A stretch of DNA of 64,000 nt from Balanoglossus misakiensis. Lineage: Eukaryota > Animalia > Hemichordata. Below, piece by piece: positions 26,088 to 39,400 of this stretch; the first letter of the stretch is position 1, and every line of letters starts with the position of its first letter. A program made the position numbers and the translations under genes. Where the stretch lies: the NCBI GenBank assembly GCA_040954595.2, contig CM082598.2, forward strand, positions 4,086,607 through 4,150,606, given 5' to 3'. The notes under the pieces are model-generated. The model was given only the letters and a program-made list of their open reading frames with translations. It was not told the origin of the DNA and ran no database searches.

Positions 26088-29000
26088 ATGAAGCACGAAA
26101 CAGTGTGTACTCTTTTCGCCCTGCTGTTTTTCACCGACGTTGCTTATTGCGACGATGATGTCAGCGGGTTCGATCTGTCGTCACAAGGCTTCCTCCAGCA
26201 GGACGGAATCCCCGCCCCGCACGAATCGTTTTCGTGTCCCAATCCAGACGTGTACTACCGTACCATGTACGTGTTTCTGTGCGCCCATAGGTGCGTCGAG
26301 AAGGGCGCAGAGTGCAAATCGTTCAACTACCAAGCCTACCTTGAAATTTGCGAGATATGTCCGGCAGTGCCGTCGGATGAAGCTCTGGAGTTGGAACATC
26401 AACCCGGATGGGAGTATGGCAGGAGGGATCAATATGATGAAGTTGGAGTAAGTAAGATTAACAGTTTCACCGACAAAGTCAACTTGTCATTCAAAAAGTT
26501 AACCCTTTTCCACATTTTTTTGGTAAAAATTTTGATCAAAACTTGCATGCAATGCGAAATTACGTCTGCCTGGTCCAAAACTATGGAACAAATGAGAGAA
26601 AAATGACTAAAACAGAAAATTTTGACAAAAAACAAATGTTAACACATTTCTGTCCATCAATCCTTATCCTTCGTCTTGTAATTTTTTGGGGACAAATGTA
26701 CAACAATTTTAATTTGTGGAGAATCTAATGCCCATATGCGCATACCACAAGAGTTGTGTGTATATACTCTTGCAATATAGGCTGCTGACGTACATTTCTT
26801 GGCTATTTACGTACATTTTTGTACAAAGTAACGTCCTTTTGTAATATACATGGGTGTTCTTTGTTTCGGTTTTCAGTTAAAATCAAGTCCGTGTAGAAGT
26901 AACCCTTGCTTAAATGAAGGACGTTGCTATGAAAGCTCAGCATATGGAACTTATGAATGCATCTGCAAGACAGGGAATCGTTTCATCGGACCAACTTGCG
27001 AGACACCTGGTTCGTCATCAGATATCATTAATTATTCACTTATTTACTCAGTCAGTCAACCAAACAGTCAGAAGAGTTAGTAGCAAGCAGGCAGGCAGTT
27101 AGTCAGAAAGTTAGCTTTTGTTGTATGAATTGATTGATTGACTGTATGCAATTGCATGATTGTGTAAGTGAATGTCGATTTAAGCAGTCGCTATGCAATT
27201 GGTTAATCGGCAAGAAGTTTCACCGAAAATGTTTACCATGTAGCTATAACAACCACCACCACCACCGTTGTCTCTTAAATGTCACTGAGGTAATGGAAGA
27301 CTGGGTATACTTTTGTTTTTTTTTAATTTGAAGCTTCATACATGGGGGATGTATTTATAAGTCAATATTTACCCTATAGCCACGACAACACAATGGCACA
27401 GCTCATCAATATAAAATATGTTGGCAAATGGTGGTGGTAAATTGATAGATAATGTTTCCATTTGGAAATTACTCTGACAAATTCATAAATTAATGATTGC
27501 TGACTGAGATATTTTGCAGGTTTTATTAATTCACGTTGGAAAAGCTTGGAAGCAGGGTGATTTTATACAGCTGGCCACTTTTAGAAATCGATTGTCTTGA
27601 AGAAGCTAGTTGTTTATAGCTAAATGTTTATCAAGAAAGACAGTAACTGGCCACAAAGCTAGCGAACAAGTTCAGGCTTGCCTCTTGCAGTCTAGTTGCA
27701 AACTGACATGTGTTCAAATACAGTCCAATATTTGCTTCTTGTTTGTTCCCGTTGGTATTATTTAGAATTATCACCTTGGCATTATCGTGGCCCCTACACG
27801 ACAATGATAAAACTCCAATTATCCGAACTCCAATTATCCGAATTGTTTGGTTATCCGTACTCCTGTCATGTCCCCCAAACAGTTCTATTGTTAACGATCG
27901 TTCTCAGAATAACCGAACTGTCTGCATATCCGAACAAAATCTGTCAGTTCGGATAATTGGAGTTTTACTGTATTTTGAAAGGTATGACTCCTGTATAGAA
28001 TTTTACACACTTTATTTTTTTTTATTTTTCTCGATCATCACAGTGACCGATGGCGGTTGGGGAGAGTGGATATCCTGGACGGAATGTACCTCGTCTTGTA
28101 ACGCTGGGTACAAAACTCGCACACGGGAATGCGACAGCCCAGAACCTGGAGATGGAGGAGACCCTTGCCCCGGACGCGGCATTGATTATTCAAAGTGTAA
28201 CATGCAAATTTGCCCAGGTATAGTGAATATATAATATGGTGAAAAAAATGAGCTGTTAATTATTTCATGGAGTAGGCTAGATTGGGTCGAACATGACAGA
28301 GAGACTTATTTGATAAAGTTTGTATAATGTTTGTAGAGAGGTATAGTGTGGGTATATTTTGTCTGTGAATGAGGCCATTTCTAACGATCGTTTTTTTTTT
28401 CCAGTGTGGTCGATGTGGAGTTGGGTGCCATGTGTACCAATCCCCGGGTCCAGGTTTCTGGGCCGTCGTAGGAGGTCTCGCGAATGTCTCTTTGGTGGCA
28501 CTCCAAACGTCGATCCAGGCTGCTCTGGACACGACGCTGAAACCATATCTTGTCGCGTCCTTAGTGTTCGTAAGTCATGATACATTCTTTTCCACGTTTC
28601 AAATTGTTCCCACATGACAGCATTTGAAAACGATGCCAATTTTTTTTTATCTCTGCACTATTTTTAAATAAGGGACATGTAGAGTCAAAAATCTTAGCTC
28701 GGCCTATTTTATTTCCATGCAATTCTCCCTGTGAGTGATAATATCACACACGGTCGACACAATTTCAAGATGGCCGATTTTTGCCATGTTTAAGAAATGG
28801 GAGTTCAATAAGTTAAAGTGATATTCGGTCATGCTAATACTATGTAACGGAAAAAAAGGGAAAAAAGTTGATTGACTTTAATATGTCAACTATAAAGGCG
28901 GAAATGTTTGCCCAAAGGAAGTCATGAAATACAGTAAACGTATTTCTTCTAACTCTAACTACAGTGGGTTGTCGACTTTTTACCCAGAATGCAATTATTA

Positions 29001-31625
29001 TAATGTGATTTGACCCCCTAGCACAAAATGAAAACCTATTTAAGTCGGCTAGGAATTTATATTTTTGTCTTGTTATTTTGTGACCTACAGGGTCTGTTCG
29101 GTTGAGTGGATCGTCCATGCTGGGTCAAGGCCGTGTTGAAGTGTTTCTAGAAGACAGGAGACAGTGGGGTACAATATGTAATGACCAGTGGGACAAAAAT
29201 GATGCTGATGTTGTCTGCCGAGAGTTGGGGTTTTCAGAAGCCCATAGTGGTATGGTATTCATCATCTACATGATTGCTTTGTCTGTCTGTCTGTCTGGCT
29301 TACTGTCAGTCAAGCCGTCTATCTGTCTGTATACATGTGTATGTATGTATAGGTGTGGGTGTGTAGTAAACAGTTTAGCAAGAATTTCAAGAAACAGCAC
29401 CGGGTACACGCTTATACTTACTTAATTACTAGAAAAGGTTTGTAAATTTGTTCCCAAGCCAGTTGCAAACATTAATTCACTTGTACCTATACAAGGAAAA
29501 ACAACAAATCTGACAGCATGATGTCCAAACACCAAGTGAAACTGGTTTTAGGCGGACATGCCAATTTTTATGACTTGATCCATTTGCCGCCAATTGGATA
29601 TTTCTTTTATTTCTCCCAGTGTGCAAATGAGACAGCATTTGCTTCTGATGTGCAAAGGGTGACACATTTGGTACAAATGATAGAAAAATCCAAACGCCAC
29701 AAAATACATTGAATCTCTCAACCTTATTTTCGCAGCAACTGCAACAGTTTCTTCTGTGAGCGACTTGCGCATTGTGATGACAGACGTCACGTGCACTGGT
29801 GATGAAGACTCGCTGGCCTTTTGTTCCTATGGCGATGAGGTCAGCGCCCTCGGCTGTACGCACGCCAACGACGCTGGTGTAACCTGTGTGATTGGTGAGT
29901 CCAAGATTGAAAGCTCCATTTAGCTGTACCTTTTGATTATGAGTTAACCCTTTCACCCCCTGGGTTCCCCCTATAGAGGTCCAACTTTACCATAGGAAAC
30001 AATGGAGTTGGGCCGAACCACGGTGGTGAATGGGTTAAATCACAGACAAGGGACATTATCTTTCTCCGTCTGTACTAATTACACTTCCATCCAAACTGTA
30101 CATAATCATATAGAGAAGTGACTGTTTCTTTGTGTCTTGTGTGTATTTAATTCCAAGATGGCGGGTGGGGGAAGTGGTCGCCATGGGGAGCATGCACAGG
30201 TCCATGCAAGAGCAACAATGTGCGCAATCGCACCAGGGCCTGCGACTGGCCAACACCTGCCAATGGAGGTAGGACCTGCAGTGGTGACGCCATGGACACA
30301 AAATGGTGTCGCAAGTCGCCCTCACCGTGTAGTGAGTAAAAGTCATTTGCATATACCATAAAAAGACTCATTCTACGTACCGGTACCATAGACACTAGTC
30401 TACTGTCTATATATTTACTACAAATCCCTTCAGATATTTGAGTTTCTCAATTGCAGGTACCAATACTGCAGTCTTGTCCATAAAAAGACGAAAATACTGA
30501 GAAAATATCCCAAAGTTGGAGTTACTGAGGCTTGAGACAAAAACGGAGATTATTTTACACTTTGTGTCGTCCACATAATTGCAACTATTTGCTTACTGGT
30601 ATATGGGAATTTTTTTTTTTCAGACTGTGAGCTTGGCTACATTGAACATGGCACAGTAACTGGTAGTGTATCGCACAAGGGTTTTCGAACATTCACTTGT
30701 ACAATGGACGAGAGGGAGAAGTTTACCTTGTTCGGAGAAGCGACAAGTCAGTGCTTTGATGGTTCATGGACGCAACCTATCCCGGTTTGTAAAGGTAGAG
30801 CCATTAATATTCTGAATCTTCTCTCCAAAGAGATTCATTTTAGCAAGTTGACTGTATTCAAATCTCTCCAAAACACTGCAAGATATTATTTAGTGTAATG
30901 CCCACGTACATACTGTAAAACACTTAATTTTCGCGAGCAATTAATTTTCGCCAAATACGCGAGAGCCAAAATAGCGTGAAAATAAAAAGTCGCTTAAATT
31001 GTTTTCGAGGATAACGATGCAGTGAATGAAATAAGAGAACGCGAAAATTAATACTCGCGAAACAGTGGCCTCTTTCGATATCGCGAAAAATTTAACTCGT
31101 GAAAATAAAGTGTTTTACAGTAGTTTTGAGAGCAAAGACCAACTGCAAAAACATGTAGTATGCAAAAAGAAGAAAGGTTTACTGTGACGAATCAATCTTT
31201 TCAATTTTTGGCAAATTTTCAATATTCTGCCAGTTGGCATTATCAGGTGTACAAATAGCTCCAGATGGTACAAGGCATACTACTGACTTTTCGCATGTAA
31301 GTGTTGCCAGTACTGTTTTATTTATTTGCAATCTTGTAGAATCATGTATTCTGCCCCTGGACTCAGATGTGACTAGTGGCATTGTTGTCGGGGACAACGT
31401 CGTGATACACGGACAAACTGCCAATGTCCAGTGCGATCCTTACCATCAGCTGGATGATCCTGTTCTTACATGTAATGAAGGGAGTTGGGAGCCGACATCG
31501 CAGCCTAAGTGTAAAAGTAGGTTTCGTTTAAGTTTATATGCATCTCGGGAACACTTTCAGAAAAATAATATTCCATGGCATTTTAATTTTTGGTTTTCTG
31601 TAAAATTGAATGAGACCAACTCCAG

Positions 31626-31656
<31 letters not shown>

Positions 31657-32784
31657 CATACATACATACATACATACATACATACATACATACATACATA
31701 CATACATACATACATACATACATACATACATACATACATACATACATACATACATACATACATACATACATACATACATACATACATACATACATACATG
31801 CATACATTCATACATACACACACACACACACACATACATACCGGGGTACATACACCCACTTCCATATTAAGCTCCCATTACACATGTAAAACTGGGAGCT
31901 AAACATACACTTGGCCTATGGATGTATTAAGTATTGATGATCTCTGACTTAGCATCATTTCATTTTCTCACATTTTATTTAGTGTTAGATTCCTGCCATA
32001 AAGTCTTCTCCATCGGAACAACCTCATACTGCATCAGCAAGAAAGAATCCAACTGGGAGGATGCAGCAGACGTTTGTGCAGAGAGTGGTGGAAAGTTAGT
32101 AAAGTTTGAAAGTGTAGGCAAATTCGACAGTGTAGTGGACACAATTTTGGTTCCGGATGCCCAATTTCCATATTGGTGTGGTCTCAGGAAGGTACGTGAT
32201 GTACACCTCTCCATACAAGCCATTTATTTTGCAAAGAGCTGCCGTGATCCTTCAATTTATCAAGCCAACACTTTCCTGTCACTGTTTTATATTCCTTTGA
32301 GGGACTCTGATGCAAACTATTCAACTACTACTGTTATTTTTATACCCCAATTTTTGTCTGACAGTTAAGGTGTTAGCAAATCGGCTTGTTTTGAACTTGG
32401 AACATGTTTATTGTGTGATTTTTATAATCTGGATATGTTCACGCTTATTTGCAATGGGACAAATATACAATGATTTATGTAGTTGCCACCTCCATATAGC
32501 AGCCACCCCTATATAGAGGCCACTTTGTTACAGTCCCTGTGCAATTGACATGTGCAGTAATTGACATGTCTATAAAGGCCAGTTTAGGAACGACTCAACC
32601 CTGAACTTCTGTAATTTTACAGGTAGATGTAAGTGGAAACTTCATATGGACAGATGGCACAGGTGGAGGATATAGAACATGGTCATCTGAACCTGCAGAC
32701 CCTGGCTGTGTGGAACTGACAAAGAAAGATGAAATGACGAAGAAAGACTGTTCTGACGAGAAAATGTTCGTATGTGAGAAATAA
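26088..32784 (+). CDS. Secreted mosaic protein: PAN/apple - EGF - TSP1 - TSP1 - SRCR - TSP1 - CCP - CCP - C-type lectin
   Basis: Signal peptide ([21 protein letters not shown]); PAN (CAHRC..CKSFNY..CEIC); EGF ([13 protein letters not shown]); TSP1 ([22 protein letters not shown]); SRCR ([28 protein letters not shown]); two sushi exons; CTLD ([29 protein letters not shown]). Eleven in-phase exons; stop at 32782-32784. Confidence 0.88.
27808..27972. mobile_element. Tc1/pogo-type MITE
   Basis: TAAAACTCCAATTATCCGAACT ... AGTTCGGATAATTGGAGTTTTACTG-TA. Confidence 0.7.
29944..30038. mobile_element. Family A MITE
   Basis: TTAA TSDs, TIRs and the shared core. Confidence 0.8.
30911..31122. mobile_element. 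TA-flanked MITE (family B, ~210 bp)
   Basis: TA-CTGTAAAACACTT ... AAGTGTTTTACAG-TA with many cgcgaaaa internal repeats; near-identical copies at 44833 and 56985. Confidence 0.85.
31628..31840. repeat. (CATA)n/(CA)n microsatellite
   Basis: Directly visible. Confidence 0.97.
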
Positions 32785-33480
32785 TGTCATATATAACATC
32801 CATATTCCTAGTAAGGTACTTCAGGTTGCATCGTCAGTAAAATCTGTTTGATAGATTATTTTGCGCTCATTGGAAAATTTTGCAAAACTTGCTTCATTGC
32901 CATAGCAACAGGTTGCTAGCCCAGTAATACAAGTCAAACTTTGTATAAAACTGGAATATAACAGACATGTAAGTAGCATTTTTATGGAGTAATTTATTGA
33001 GTAACTGAATTCTTAAATCTCAATTTCACATGTCACAGGACCATTGTCTTACAAAGCCACTTCATAAAAATAATGCAAAAGAATTGGATTCAGATAGAAA
33101 AGGAAAATGTAAATAACATTTCATTGAGTAATTGAATCTAGATTTTGCATATCACATGGCAGTGTTTTTAAAAAACAATTTCGGGAGAATGGTATCAAAA
33201 ATTCTATAATACAATATCAAAATATTTTTGATTTGCAAATCAATAGTTAAATTCTGTTCTGAGGAAAAGTGTTCAGTACAAAAAGTATGAAAAATGTATA
33301 CAACTAAATATGTTCATGAGAAATATAAGAAGAAAGTCCAGAAAAAAAAGAATATACAAATAAGGATTTATCAAACACTGCAAAATAGACATTTATGATG
33401 TAATTCTAATTTTCTCAAAATTTTCATATTTTGCTCGGGAAACTATTTTCCTCGGTGGATATGTGGGGAATATTCCATTC

Positions 33481-36400
33481 CTAATCATTCCCACTTTTAC
33501 TGTGTGACGACCGGGAAGCTTTCCCATTCCGGCTGGACTTTCCGTGCCTGTCTCTGGACGCCGATCTTTCCCGGCGTTCCAATCTCTCCTTGGACGCGGA
33601 TTTCTCCGCCTGGTAGGAAGCTGATGGCGACTTCTTACTTCCGGGGGATTTTTCCGACAGGGAAGACCTTGTGGATCGGTCACTACTGGATAAGGAACTG
33701 CTTCCGGACGATGCGCCATACACTGGAAAAAAAGCAACCGGTATTTTGTTTGTTTGGGAGCACATTTTTCAAAGATCAAAAGAAAACGCATGATGTATGC
33801 TAGAGGTTGTAGTAACTTAAAAATATTGTTTTCTTATATAGCACATTAAATAATACATCTCAATGCGCTTTCACATAGTTTTTTCATCAACAGCTCCATG
33901 TGCAGCCGTTACTGATATCAGCGCAGCAGAGCTAAACATACACATTGCAATCTCTGTCCTACCAGGTACCCATTACTCCTGGATGGGGAGAAGCAATGAG
34001 AAGTAATGTGCCTTGCCAAAGGACACAACACCACAGCTTGGCCGGAGTTCGAACCAAACTTCCATCCCACTTGTATGATATGAGAGTAAAAACTCGCCCA
34101 AAATGAATAAATGGTAACGACCGATTATTCATTTTGGCGAGTTTTTTTCACTCTTGTGTCTACAAGCAGGATGGAAGGTGTGTGTGGTTGAACGTTGATT
34201 CACTATATATACACATGTACATTAACATAAAATAATAGCCCTACCGGTTTCATAGGCTTCCATGTGTTGGAGTTCTAACATGCTTCGCTCGGCCGCCAGT
34301 TTTTCCAGCGGTCCAGTGTAGAATCCGTTGAAATTCAATCGATAGATGATGTTCATCATGTTGTGTTCACACTCAGTGTGGCTGTACACGCTCAGTTTAT
34401 CCAACAAATCGATCAAGTGACGGGAGAAGTTGGTGTCGAACGTTTCTACCGTCCGCTCAAAGTTTTCGCTGGTCAGTACTTGATCTACATGTTGCGACAC
34501 AATCTGTCATGGAAAAATTACACAGACATCAGTGGTGTTGTCTTTTCACATGATTTTCATGTTCGGTTGAATTTTTTTAATTTCAAAGTTGATACAATGT
34601 GGCTTTCCCCCATTCAAAGAATTGAACAGCAACCGTCAATTTTCATTCTCATTTTCAATAACGATAATCTTAAGTTGATTTGTGACCAGCACACGCGAAA
34701 AAAAGAGCGCCACCATATGTTCTTCAGAACACTCAAATGCACCATTTCACACACACTTAAATATTCAGCTTATGCAAAGGAAAGCTATAATACATTTATG
34801 TGTACCTTAGATGTTGCCAGTCTGTCTCCTTGATCATGGACTTCCTTGCGTTTACTTCTTCCGGTCATGCGATCAATCTCTTCATCAACATTCATGGTTC
34901 CAGTTACTCTCTGAAACATGACAAGTCGAGCCGTTTTTGTTATCTTGTAGTCTGCTTTTCTGAAGACGAGATTCTGTGTGGTTCTGTGATCGCTGATTGG
35001 ATACGCCATGGTCAACTTGTCGTAATTTGCCACAAAATAACTTTTAGAATTTTCCCCCCTAAGTTTTGATCAAGATCAGCAGGCAATGGAAAATAATGGC
35101 CATTTGGTCTAAAATTAAGTGGAAAAATCAGGAAAAATGTGTGAAAGAGATAAAAATGTTGCCCCTCATTTTGACAGCAAATGCGGTCATCGTAACCACC
35201 AGCACTACTGGTACATAAGGAATACTGACATACCTGAACAAAGTTGTGAAAAGTCACACACACAAGAAGCAGTTTACTGACAATCTTCAGCAGCTCGGTG
35301 TTTGTCAGCATACAATCTTTCAGACATTTGTCGAGGAAGTCAGTGTGATGGGCAATAACGTCATCGATGTTAGATATCTGAAACGAGAAACGAACACAGA
35401 AATCAGCTTAACCCTCTCGGCCCAACTCCATAGTTTCCAATAGCAATGCTGGACCTTAAGACAGAGAAATAGGGGTGAAAGGGTACACAGCTAAGACGTA
35501 CACCATCCTAAATATTTGGTTTGATAACCGACTAATCAGCTAAAATAAGAGTGTACTAAATATACTTTATCCTTGAAAACACTCACCGATTTCAGATTGG
35601 TTTCCAAGACACTCCAGTTGGGCTCGATGACCTCAAACATCATGTAGTACTCAAAGTTCTGCACAAAGTGCAACATGCGTTGTCGGAGTGCGAACGCGGA
35701 CGCATACCATTGGGCCGTGTGCACGCTGTATTGCTTGGAGAGTTTGTTGCCGACCCACACACTGTTGAAAGAAATGTAGCACAGATTAGTATTAAAGCCC
35801 CAGTAAGTTGACCTTTTGGATTTTTCTCCAATAAATCAAATCCAGTTTCGGTCTACTTTGGATAGCTTTGACCCTAACGCTGCCAAGTCGGTTGAAACTG
35901 GTTTGATTTCCAGGGATGCCTAGAATCCTGGCTCCCAGGCCTGTTAGGCTGCCAAGTGCGTGTTAATCAGTAGGGCCTATACGTGGTGTGTACTACTCAC
36001 TTGCAAAGCAGTCTCTCAACATGTTTTGCATAGAACAGATGTCGAAACAACATTTGGTATCTCGTGAGGGCCTGCAAATATAAACATTGAGATTGTGGTA
36101 AAATAAATTATTGGATTTTTATCACCAACCTAGGTAGCAAAAACCTATTTAAGGTAGTGAGAATTCAGAGACCATGGCTAAGATTGACACTACTCACTTT
36201 TCTACTTAGAATGAGGGACTCTGGCCATCTCACAACATAGTCAAAGGAAAATGCCTCTAAGCCGGATATCTGCATCTCGGTTGGATCCATGTCTTGTAAT
36301 TTCAAGGCTGAAATGAAAACAAAACTCAATGCTTTAGGATGATGCTAAGACAATTTAATGTAGTAAGAACCCAATTATTTAATCCATTAATCCAGACAAA

Positions 36401-39400
36401 CACATCAGACAGGGAATTGCCTAAGACTGCTTTTCACTCCAATGGTTTGGTCCAACTCCATTGTTTTCAATAGCAATGCAGGACTTCCGTACAGGGAAAT
36501 AGGGGTGTAAGGCTTCAGGAGCTACTAGGCTCTATGAAAACCAAGCTGACTCCTGCATCTTGGATATACTTTGTGTATTAAGCTACTCGGTACTTACATT
36601 TTTCCTGCTGTGAATCAATAGCAAGGATTCGTAGAAGCTGTGTAATCAAGTCATATGGCGACAATTCAACTCTGAAAAAAAAGAGAGAGAAAATAAAATG
36701 ATTAACCTTTTCTCGCTGACCCCTTGGTGACTTGTATTTGCATCAGTTTGTCATCTCGTGGCGACGCATACCACGATAGCTGCGTACTGTTTGTATGGAG
36801 GCTGATTAAATGGGTGCGGCACTGTTTTAGTACATTGTGTGTTCCAATTGCAACATGCAGTCACAATCGGGCATCGATAAGGTGTTCATGTATACCTATC
36901 AGTAAGCTTATTTAGATAGACCATTTTCAGTTGGAAAATAAAATTGTAAAAAATAATGCAAAAAGTGGCAGCAATGGAGGCTTTAACAATTTTCACAATA
37001 ATTGACAATGTACATCGGCATTCTCCCTGTGCTTTGGGATCAACTGACTCACCTGAGGTCATCCTTGAAGGGGTCATTGTTGGCCTGAGACGTCCGCAGC
37101 GCCAACTCCAGCAGAGTCTCCAGTCGGGACGGAATGATGTCCTCCACCAACTTCTTCAGCTCGTCCTCGGCTATGTCCATGAAGTGCACGAAGAAATCGC
37201 CCTGGTCCATCAGGAAGTAATGCTTGATAGACCTGTGTGGGTTGAAAGGAGTCGTACACGTCAGATTCTAACCCTTTCATCACAATGGTTCAGTCGCTAG
37301 TCCAAACCCACTGTTTTCTATGGTAAGGTTGGACCACTATAGAGGGAACTGGGGGTGAAAGGGTTAAAGGTATACGGTCACCTATACACATTTAGCCACA
37401 CTTACCATGGTAAATCGAGATCTAACCAATCACAGATTTTCAGAGGGTGGCACACGCGAAAATAAAGCGTTCTTTAGAACACTCAAATACGCCATTTCAA
37501 CTATATATGGCGATATGTAAATTGGAGGTGACCATATACCTTTAAGCTAGAGGTCTAGCCAAAGGCAGTGTGTGGTTAATACATGTACATTAGAATTATG
37601 TGTTGAATTTCAAGAAAGCGCTTTTCATGTGATTTGCTGTTTTTCCCTATAGATGTTGCCACCAAGATTTTACCCTAAATTCAGTGTAAAATACATTCTA
37701 TTTAAATCAAATACAGTCATAAATCAAGGCAGTGAGTTAAAAATACTGAAGAATCCACTCCTCCCCCACCCATTTTATGGTCTTCCAGTCCAACTTGTCC
37801 ATAGACAATAACAGGACTGGACCATACCATGAAAGCAAAGGGGTGAACAGCTCTACCTTAATCTGCCGAGTAACTCTCTCTCTTCCATCAAAAGATGCAG
37901 CAGCATACTGCTGGAATAGCTGTGGGCTTTCTCGATGACTTCCACGTACTGTCTGCCTTTCAGTGTGTATAGAATCTCCTCTGCATGGGGACATCTAGGA
38001 TCTTTCCCTGATCGACACAAAAAGTGGAGAGAATAAGTTACGTACTACTATGGAATAATGTATTTTCGCAGGAATTTATTTTCGCTGAAAACAAATTTTT
38101 TGAATATAACTGAGATTTTCACTATTTCTTGTCATCTTATGTACGTGTGGGCCTACAAACAGTCGTGGAACTGAAGTACATATCTGTTATTTAGCCTATC
38201 TAATTATCATTTCGAACTTCATAAAATTTCTGGTGCATGCTTGTGTACCCAAATAAGCCTTTATACCCCAAAGAATACCACTCACCACATTGGCGGACAA
38301 CATTCAAATATTTCCCAGTATTAAGTATCTTGTCGACACACTGTTCCAGAAAGATAGGAATTCTGTCTCTACAGATGGTGTATCTTCTCTCCCAGTACGC
38401 ATCGTTATATTCCTTCTGGATTTTTTCTTTGTGTGCTGAGTCGTCTTCTTCGATCAGAAACTGAAACGAACCAAGAAATGCTCTGCAGGTTAACCCTTTC
38501 AGCACCATGGTTTGGTCCGAATCCATTGTTTTCTATGGTACAGTGGGATCTCTAAAGAGGGAACTGGGGATGAAAGGGTTAATTCTAGGTTACATTTACT
38601 GACCAGCGAACATCCATGCTTACCTCACAGTACGGATCTTGGATAATGCCCTTATAGATCCACTTTTCCAACATCTCAAAGTATGGCGCACACGCTGATT
38701 GCGTCAGAAACAGACACAGATCCTGTGCTTTGGCATCTCTGTAATGGTGACATATAAAAACCATGGCAACTCAAATAAACGATTAAAAGGCAAAAAAAGT
38801 TACTGCTACTTAAAGGAGGATAATGTGTTCAGTTGACCAAATGACAATCATCTGTTATCATGTCAACAAGGGTGACATTTTAAACAACACAGTCAAACCT
38901 GTGTTAGTGGCCACCTCTATATAGTGGCTACTTTGTTACAGTCCCTTTGCAATTTACATGTACAGTCAAACCTGTGTTAGTGGCCACCTCTATATAGTGC
39001 AATGGCCACTATGTTACAGTCCCTGTGCAATTTACATGTTCATTAATTGACCTGGTAATAAAGGCCACCTGGCTATAAAGGCCAATTTAGGAAAGACCCT
39101 TGACTGGCCACTATACACTGGTTCGACTGTACTGCTCTTTCGACATATAGGGAACATAGAATGCCTGTGAGATTGGTACTGGATGTATCATCCACTGTCC
39201 GTAAGCGACACAAGACTCACCCAATGACAGCGGCCGTTTGGCTGTGCAGTAAACTCAACACTGCGCCACCAGTACAAGCCCCCTTGTCTACAGACTCTGC
39301 GATCGATGACAATATCTCCATGGTGCGCATGGCTGGCTGCACATAGTACCAGAACTTCTGTAATGTCAAGTTGCCCTGACGTTGTTGATTTTCTAACTGG

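Noticed and set aside
31534-31902. YIHT/MYVC-repeat ORFs, including the tail of the 222-aa ORF
   Set aside because: (CATA)n microsatellite; the real sushi exon ends at the donor near 31516.
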